A stretch of 64,000 bases of DNA, from positions 117,738,001-117,802,000 of the forward strand of contig OX597823.1 of the NCBI GenBank assembly GCA_951406725.2, given 5' to 3'. Below are positions 50,377-64,000 of this stretch, piece after piece. How positions within the stretch are numbered: position 1 is the first letter of the stretch; each line of letters begins with the position of its first letter. This DNA is from Octopus vulgaris. Taxonomy: Eukaryota. A model generated the notes under the pieces. That model saw only the letters and a program-made list of their open reading frames with translations. It was not told the origin of the DNA and searched no databases. Position numbers and translations under genes: made by a program.

Positions 50377-53300
50377 TCAAAATTTGGGCACTATGGCCCA
50401 CTCAAGTAGAGAGTTATTGTTTACAGAGACATATCCGGGTGTAGGGGGTTTATCCGGGATTTCTTGAAGGAATCTGTCCAAAGACTTCTTGAACCCTATA
50501 GGGTCAGTTTCTGTTTTAATGTGTTTTGGTGTAATGTTAAAGAGAGCGGGGCCAATTGAGGTGAAATAATTGTGCCGTATTGTTGTTATGAGATGAGAGT
50601 GCGATTTTTGTTTTGGGCGGATGGCACGGGGCCCAAGCCTTGGATGTACCTTAAAGGTGATGCCAACATCATTTGGGCAATGCTGATGGAATATTTTCCA
50701 CATCATGCAGATGATGTAGCGCTCACGACGACGTTGGAGAGAATAAAGTTTTAGCTTTTCTAGTCGACCCCAATAGTTGAGGCCTGTCATGCCATCTATC
50801 TTTTTTGTGATTGCCCTTTGAGGTGCTTCAACTTTTATGATACCTTGTATTGTGTGGGGAGACCACAGTGGACAACAGTATTCAAGGTGGGGTCGGGCAA
50901 AAGTGGAGAAGAGAAGGATAATGGTGTGGATATCTCTCGACTGGAAAGTTCTGAGAATCCAGGAACACATTCTGCGGGCCATGTCAACTTTGGTGTTTAT
51001 ATGAGTGGCCCAGCTTATGTTGTTGTCCACAATTACTCCCAAGTCTCTGATGTTGTTGGACGCCGCGAGAGTTTCACCTGAAGGAAGGGAGTATGGGAGT
51101 TTCGGGGCATCCTCTTTTCCAAAGTGGATTAGCTCAAATTTATCCTCGTTCAGCAGCATATTGTTTTTTTCTGCCCATTGGATAACAGCCAGTAGATCTG
51201 ACTGAAGGCATGTCCGGTCACTCGCCTCATTTATGACCTTCTGTAGCTTGGAATCATCTGCAAAGATTTTTATGTTGCTGTGCTTGATGATGTCATTAAT
51301 GTCATTAATGTAAATGATGAAAAGAAGTGGGCCCAGCACAGTGCCTTGCGGAACGCCACTACTGACTTTGGCTGGGCTTGATTTTACCCCTTCAACTACA
51401 ACATGTTGAGATCTGTCTGTCAGGAAACACTTGATCCATTTCAGTAACTTTCCAGAGACACCAATGTTGGATAGTTTTTTTCAATAGGATCTTGTGATCG
51501 ACCCTGTCGAAGGCCTTACTGAAATCAAGGTAGATGACATCGGTGTTGGAGCCCTCTCCCAAAGCTCTCAAAATGTCCTCAAAGTGATGCAGGAGCTGCG
51601 TTAGGCAGTCCCTTCCATTACGGAACCCATGTTGGTTGGAGATCAGCCGTCTGTTGCTTTCCAGAAATTGGGTTATTTGAGATCTCACCACCCTCTCAAA
51701 TACCTTGATGATATGAGAGGTGAGTGAGATCGGACGGTAATTCACTGCAAGGGACTTGTTTCCCTTTTTGAAAACTGGGACAACAGACTGGGACAGAAGG
51801 TTTTTTGGAATATAGCCAGCATCCAGTGAGTTTCTCCACAGATTAGCAAGGGGAGATGCAAGTTGGTGTCGACACACCTTCAGGACACAAGCAGGGAACC
51901 TATCGGGGCCTACTGCTGAATTGTGTTTTATTTCGTTTATCGCCGCTAAGACATCAGGGGCACTAAACATTATGTCCGATATAGTGTGTTGGGGGTTGAC
52001 ATCACTGATACAGCCCAGATCGGCCATATCAGGATTGCTGAAAACAGAGCAGTATTGTTTCTGCAGTATCTCGGCCATGGATTTGGCATTATCTTGGAGA
52101 GTGCCAGTTTCGTCAATTAGAGGGCCTACAGTGGAGACAGTGACCCTGCGTTTCCTCGCAAATGAAAAGAACACTTTGGGGTTGAGTTTGATTTTTTCAA
52201 TGGCCCACTTCTCCTCAGCTGATCTTTGATTATTGATGAGGGTCTTCATGCATTGTTGGAGGTTATATTTTTGGGATTCAAGCAGTGCGATAGCCGTCGA
52301 ATGTGTGTGTTGCTGTTGGCAGTACTTTAGTTTGTTAATTTTTTTGTTTGTTCTTTTTATTTTTCTGATAATGGTTTTTCTGTTTTGGGGGATTCTGCAC
52401 TTTTTGTTCACAGGTCTTAGTGGGGAGTGTTTTGCACATATGTCTGTGACGGTGTCTACAAAGATCTGCCAAGATGTTTTATGGTTGGTGGAGATGTGTG
52501 TATGTGTAAAGGACCAGTCAACATGTGATAACTCATTCCTGATTGCATCCCAGTTGGCATTATGGAGATCCATGTTGTCAAATGGGTGGGCTGGAGGAAG
52601 GTCACTAGGATTAGCTTTTGGCTGGTGGAATTTCATGTTACAGAGAACCATGTCATGGTCTGAAAGAAGGGTTTTTTCCACTGTAACGTTATGTATAGTG
52701 TTAGTGTGGTTACTAAACACTAGGTCCAAAAGGTTCTGATGTCTTGTTGGTGCAAGGACAAGTTGGGACAAGAAAAACTCATTCGTAAAGTCGAAAAGTG
52801 ACTCTGCTGCTTCTTTGTCAGTGGTTGAGGCGGGAGTGCTTGGTTTCAAACAGTTTGTAGTCCAGTCAACACAGGGTAGATTGAAGTCTCCCATCATGAG
52901 TATGTTGCTAGAATGGCACTGTTGAATAAAGCACTTAATGCTGTTGAGGCATTCTTTAAAGCACAGTATGGGTGTTTGGGGCGGCCTATAGAGCCCAATT
53001 ACTGTCAGGTCATTGGCTTTGTTGTGCACGGTGACTGATTCACAGTAGCCGTTGGAGAATATACTATTTCCATCTGCCGTAAATGAATCATGCAGGAAAA
53101 TGGCAGTTCCACCCTTCCTCCTGCCGATACGATCCGTGCGGATGGTTGTGAAATTCTTCACTCTCACTTCGGCTTCCAAGTGGGAGTTGTCAAGGTGGGT
53201 CTCAGTGAGAATGAAGAAAGGGATGTGGTGTGAATGGTTACCAACCCAGTCTTCAATGAATTGGACCTTCCATTTTTGTGCATTGATGGAAGGGCTGACA

Positions 53301-53395
53301 CCTTGTGCATTGAGTAGGAATGTGGAGGTTAGTGTAGTGGCTGGTTTTGACTGTTGCAGGGGGCTTGGATTTTTTGTGTGTGTTAGTGGCAGCAA
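50377..53395 (-). pseudogene. ORF2 (APE-RT) of copy 2, split by a +1 frameshift near 51480
   Basis: ORFs 51392-53395 and 50377-51339 are collinear with copy 1 ORF2. The T run at ~51475-51481 has 7 T versus 6 in copy 3. Confidence 0.9.
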
Positions 53396-53488
53396 TGTGG
53401 GAATTGGTGCACTGGGGTAATAGCATAGGATGGTGTTGAGTGATGGCTAGAATGTTTTTGTGTATCTCTTTTGCCATGTTCAACATGG

Positions 53489-54601
53489 CTAAAAAGAATT
53501 TTCCCGCTTAGGGAGCAGTTTTTGGCTGGAGGTGTGGTTGCACTGTTGGATAGGGTTGTAGTTTCCACTTTTGTTGTTGTTGTTTTTGTGTCTTCCTGAA
53601 AAGACTGGACCAGCATTACTGCAGCATGGTGTGTTTCTATTTTTATTTTTATTCAGGTTTGTGTGTTGGCTTGAAGCCCCGTTTCTGTTTGTGCGTCGGG
53701 TCCCTGGAAGATGAGTGAAGGGACAGTCACTCAGCAGACATGTTCTCTCACGTTGGGAATACCGGCAGATTTTGGGACTCCGAGTTGTGTGTGTTTTGAA
53801 TTTCGATTTACTATTTAGTGGTGTTGATGTTATTGTGGGATGCGTGCTTTGGCCTTGGCCGGTAGTGCGTCTAGTGCCGGGTAGATGCGTGAAGATGCAG
53901 TCACTATTTGTGCAGAGTCTCTGGCGCAGTGAATAGCGGCATATTTGGGGATTTCTTGTTTGTGCCGTGGGGGGCGCATTCTGCTTCCTATGTTTCTTTA
54001 AGTTTTTGTTACTGCAGTAGTATTGAGGTGGTGATGTGGGGGAAGAGGGCAGTGGGTTCTTATTTGGTTTTCTGTTGGTATTTTTGGTGATAGAAGACGA
54101 TGGTGGCAGCGGTGGTGATGATGATGATGATAATTGTGGTGAGAGTGGTGAAAAGATACTGGCATTTAGTGAATCATCTAGTAAGCTAGAGTTGAGGAGT
54201 GGCTGTTGTTGTTCTTGTTGCTGTGGCTGTTGTTGTTGTTGTTGTGCCTGACCGATGTTAGGGTCAGCCATTGTGCTGGGAACCAGGAGTGGCTCATTCT
54301 GTTGTTGTTGTTGTTGTGGCTGCTGATTTTCTAGCTGTTGCTGTTCTTGAACTGTGAAAATATGAAGAAGCTTTTCATAATGGCCTTTTGTCAGTTTGAA
54401 AGATACTTCCATATGTTTCAGTTTGCTACGAATCTGTTTGACGGATCCTGTGTTGACCACTTGTGATGTTTTTTCAGCAATCTCATTCAAACACAAAACA
54501 TTTAGATTTTCTGTTTGGGAAAGAGAGAACCATGTGTTTATTAAAACATCAATTTCGTTATCAGACCAATTTCGTCTGTTGCAGGCCTGCAAGTTAGTCA
54601 T
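53489..54601 (-). CDS. LINE ORF1 of copy 2 (Myb/SANT-like, polyQ, 2x CCCH)
   Basis: 370 aa with NWSDNEIDVLINTW, CRYSLRQRLCTNSDCIFTH and CRYSQRERTCLLSDCPFTH. The C-terminal segment homologous to copy 1 continues in ORF 53253-53486 after a 1-nt shorter T run. Confidence 0.82.
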   Translation of the reverse strand: MTNLQACNRRNWSDNEIDVLINTWFSLSQTENLNVLCLNEIAEKTSQVVNTGSVKQIRSKLKHMEVSFKLTKGHYEKLLHIFTVQEQQQLENQQPQQQQQQNEPLLVPSTMADPNIGQAQQQQQQPQQQEQQQPLLNSSLLDDSLNASIFSPLSPQLSSSSSPPLPPSSSITKNTNRKPNKNPLPSSPTSPPQYYCSNKNLKKHRKQNAPPTAQTRNPQICRYSLRQRLCTNSDCIFTHLPGTRRTTGQGQSTHPTITSTPLNSKSKFKTHTTRSPKICRYSQRERTCLLSDCPFTHLPGTRRTNRNGASSQHTNLNKNKNRNTPCCSNAGPVFSGRHKNNNNKSGNYNPIQQCNHTSSQKLLPKRENSF

Positions 54602-54892
54602 GTTTGTTTTTCTTTTGTTTGTTTTCCTTTTGATTTTTGAAAATATATATATTCTTTCTTGGGAGTTAAAGAAGTGTATATATATATAAATGTTCTCTCT
54701 TAAGGGTGTGAGTTTTTGATTATTTGGTTGTTTGAGGATATTAAAAGAAAAACAGGTGTATATAACAATTTGTAGTTAAATGAAAACGTACTTACGGGTT
54801 TGTAGGCAAACACGTGGTTACAAATATATATATATTTAAGGTCAGTTAAGTTTTGAAGCTGTGTAGCTTGCTACTGACTTGCTACTGACTTG

Positions 54893-58932
<4,040 letters not shown>

Positions 58933-60385
58933 ACTTTGATACTTTGATACTTTGATAGGTTTCGGCCATTATTGGCCCAGGCCATGTCTAACTTAATAGC
59001 ACCACCTGGTGAAGTCTTTCAAATCAGAATTTGGGCACTATGGCCCACTCAAGTAGAGAGTTATTGTTTACAGAGACATATCCGGGTGTAGGGGGTTTAT
59101 CCGGGATTTCTTGAAGGAATCTGTCCAAAGACTTCTTGAACCCTATAGGGTCAGTTTCTGTTTTAATGTGTTTTGGTGTAATGTTAAAGAGAGCGGGGCC
59201 AATTGAGGTGAAATAATTGTGCCGTATTGTTGTTATGAGATGAGAGTGCGATTTTTGTTTTGGGCGGATGGCACGGGGCCCAAGCCTTGGATGTACCTTA
59301 AAGGTGATGCCAACATCATTTGGGCAATGCTGATGGAATATTTTCCACATCATGCAGATGATGTAGCGCTCACGACGACGTTGGAGAGAATAGAGTTTTA
59401 GCTTTTCTAGTCGACCCCAATAGTCGAGGCCTGTCATGCCATCTATCTTTTTTGTGATTGCCCTTTGAGGTGCTTCGACTTTTTGATACCTTGTATTGTG
59501 TGGGGAGACCACAGTGGACAACAGTATTCAAGGTGGGGTCGGGCAAAAGTGGAGAAGAGAAGGATAATGGTGTGGATATCTCTCGACTGGAAAGTTCTGA
59601 GAATCCAGGAACACATTCTGCGGGCCATGTCAACTTTGGTGTTTATATGAGTGGCCCAGCTTACGTTGTTGTCCACAATTACTCCCAAGTCTCTGATGTT
59701 GTTGGACGCCGCGAGAGTTTCACCTGAAGGAAGGGAGTATGGGAGTTTCGGGGCATCCTCTTTTCCAAAGTGGATTAGCTCAAATTTATCCTCGTTCAGC
59801 AGCATATTGTTTTTTTCTGCCCATTGGATAACAGCCAGTAGATCTGACTGAAGGCATGTCCGGTCACTCGCCTCATTTATTACCTTCTGTATCTTGGAGT
59901 CATCTGCAAAGATTTTTATGTTGCTGTGCTTGATGATGTCATTAATGTCATTAATGTAACTGATGAAAAGAAGTGGGCCCAGCACAATGCCTTGCGGAAC
60001 GCCACTACTGACTTTGGCTGGGCTTGATTTTACCCTTTCAACTACAACATGTTGAGATCTGTCTGTCAGGAAACACTTAATCTATTTCAGTAACTTTCCA
60101 GAGACACCAATGTTGGATAGTTTTTTCAATAGGATCTTGTGATCGACCCTGTCGAAGGCCTTACTGAAATCAAGGTAGATGACATCGGTGTTGGAGCCCT
60201 CTCCCAAAGCTCTCAAAATGTCCTCAAAGTGATGCAGGAGCTGCGTTAGGCAGTCCCTTCCATTACGGAACCCATGTTGGTTGGAGATCAGCCGTCTGTT
60301 GCTTTCCAGAAATTGGGTTATTTGAGATCTCACCGTCCTCTCAAATACCTTGATGATATGAGAGGTGAGTGAGATCGGACGGTAA

Positions 60386-60388
<3 letters not shown>
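58933..60388 (-). mobile_element. 5'-truncated CR1-group LINE (copy 3), nearly identical to copy 2
   Basis: RT C-terminal half, 3'UTR and (TATCAAAG)x3 tail. Truncated at NYRPISLT and joined directly to (TA)n; 1-nt frameshift near 59480. Confidence 0.92.
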
Positions 60389-62340
<1,952 letters not shown>

Positions 62341-62343
<3 letters not shown>

Positions 62344-64000
62344 TCATCATCATCATCATCATCATTTAGCGTCCGTTTTCCATGCTAGCATGGGTTGGAC
62401 GGTTCAACTGGGGTCTGGGGAGCCCGAAGGCTGCACCAGGCCAGTCAGATCTGGCAGTGTTTCTACAGCTGGATGCCCTTCCTAACGCCAACCACTCCGA
62501 GAGTGTAGTGGGTGATTTTATGTGCCACCGACACAGGTGCTAGACGAGGCTGGCGAACGGCCACGCTCGGATGGTGTTTTTATGTGCCACCGACACAGGT
62601 GCCAGACGAGGCTGGCAGACGGCCACGCTCGGATGGTGTTTTTATGTGCCACCGACACAGGTGCCAGATGAGGCTGGCGGACAGCCACGATCGGATGGTG
62701 TTTGTTATGTCCCCAAAGCACGGAGGCCAGTCTATGCGGTACTGGCTACGGCCACGTTCGGATGATTTTCTTGTGTGCCACCGGCACTGGTACCACAAAG
62801 ATACAAATTCCATTGATGTTCATCTATTTTGATTTGTTTTGATTTGATTTGATTTTCACTTGCCTCAACAGGTCTTCACAAGTGTCACAAGAAGGAAGGT
62901 ATGCACAGGTGGACTGACTACGTCCCAGGTAGGGGCCACGGGTTATGGCCTGACTAGTCTTGCCGGGTCTTCGGATGGTGTTTTTATGTGCCACCGACAC
63001 AGGTGCCAGATGAGGCTGGCGAACGGCCACGATCGGATGGTGTTTGTTGCGTGCCCACAGCACGGAGGCCAGTCGATGCGGTACTGGCTACGGCCACGTT
63101 CGGATGGTTTTCTTGTGTGCCACCGGCACTAATTTACCACAAGATACAAATTCCATTGATGTTCATCTATTTTGATTTGATTTGATTTGATTTTCACTTG
63201 CCTCAACAGGTCTTCACAGGTCTTCACAAGTGTCACAAGAAGGAAGGAAGGTATGCACAGGTGGACTGACTACGTCCCAAGTAGGGGCCATGGGTTATGG
63301 CCTGACTAGTCTTGCCGGGTCTTCGGTTGGTGTTTTTATGTGCCACCGACACAGGTGCCAGATGAGGCTGGCGGACGGCCACGATCGGATGGTGTTATGT
63401 GCCCACATCACAGAGGCCAGTCGATGCGGTACTGGCTACGGCCACGTTCGGATGGTTTTCTTGTGTGCCACCGGTACTGGTACCACAAAGATACAAATTC
63501 CATTGATGTTCATCTATTTTGATTTGGTTTGATTTGATTTGATTTGATTTTGATTTTCACTTGCCTCAACAGGTCTTCACAAGTGTCATAAGTAGGAAGG
63601 TATGCACAGGTGGACTGACTACGTCACCGGGTCTTCGGATGGTGTTTTTATGTGCCACCGACACAGGTGCCAGATGAGGCTGGCGAACGGCCACGATCGG
63701 ATGGTTTTCTTGTGTGCCACCGGTACTGGAACCACAAAGATACAAATTCCATTGATGTTCATCTATTTTGATTTGGTTTGATTTTCACTTGCCTCAACAG
63801 GTCTTCACAAGTTTGGTTTGATTTTGATTTTCACTTGCCTCAACAGGTCTTCACAAGTGTCACACGTGTCACACACTTGCCTCAACACGTCTCCACAAGT
63901 GTCACACACTTGCCTCTGCCTCCACTTGCCTCAACAGGTCTTCACAAGTGTCACACGTGTCACACACTTGCCTCAACACGTCTCCACAAGTGTCACACAC
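62341..64000 (-). mobile_element. RTE 3'UTR amplified in tandem, running off the window end
   Basis: Same subfamily as 21348-22101. A ~310-350 bp block repeats at ~62631, 62974, 63326 and 63637, followed by short cacttgcctcaaca/cacaagtgtcaca repeats. Confidence 0.88.

Larger units (their letters stand above)
50285..54892 (-). mobile_element. Near full-length CR1-group LINE (copy 2, diverged subfamily) with homopolymer frameshifts
   Basis: Same layout as copy 1, 3' tail (TATCAAAG)x3, flanked by (TA)n on both sides. Confidence 0.92.

Overview
AT-rich, microsatellite-laden eukaryotic DNA, most likely from an octopus (inferred from the repeat landscape, not verified). The window appears to be intronic sequence of a minus-strand RIC1 gene. 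Two coding exons (41053-41177 and 14637-14779) splice in frame across a ~26 kb intron. The rest is mobile DNA: tRNA-derived SINEs, RTE LINEs (one near full length with a 16 x 74 bp 5' tandem array), mariner, piggyBac and hAT derivatives, a decayed Penelope-like element, a minimal hammerhead ribozyme motif and several long hairpins. The most notable locus is 45.5-60.4 kb, where three CR1-group LINEs lie head to tail, each embedded in (TA)n. One has both ORFs intact. Their ORF1 has an unusual Myb/SANT-like + polyQ + 2x CCCH zinc-finger architecture. A conserved TTTTT(T)AG plus hairpin at the ORF1/ORF2 junction reads either as a -1 frameshift site or as a splice acceptor paired with a conserved 5'UTR donor. 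Repeat boundaries are approximate unless junction sequence is quoted.
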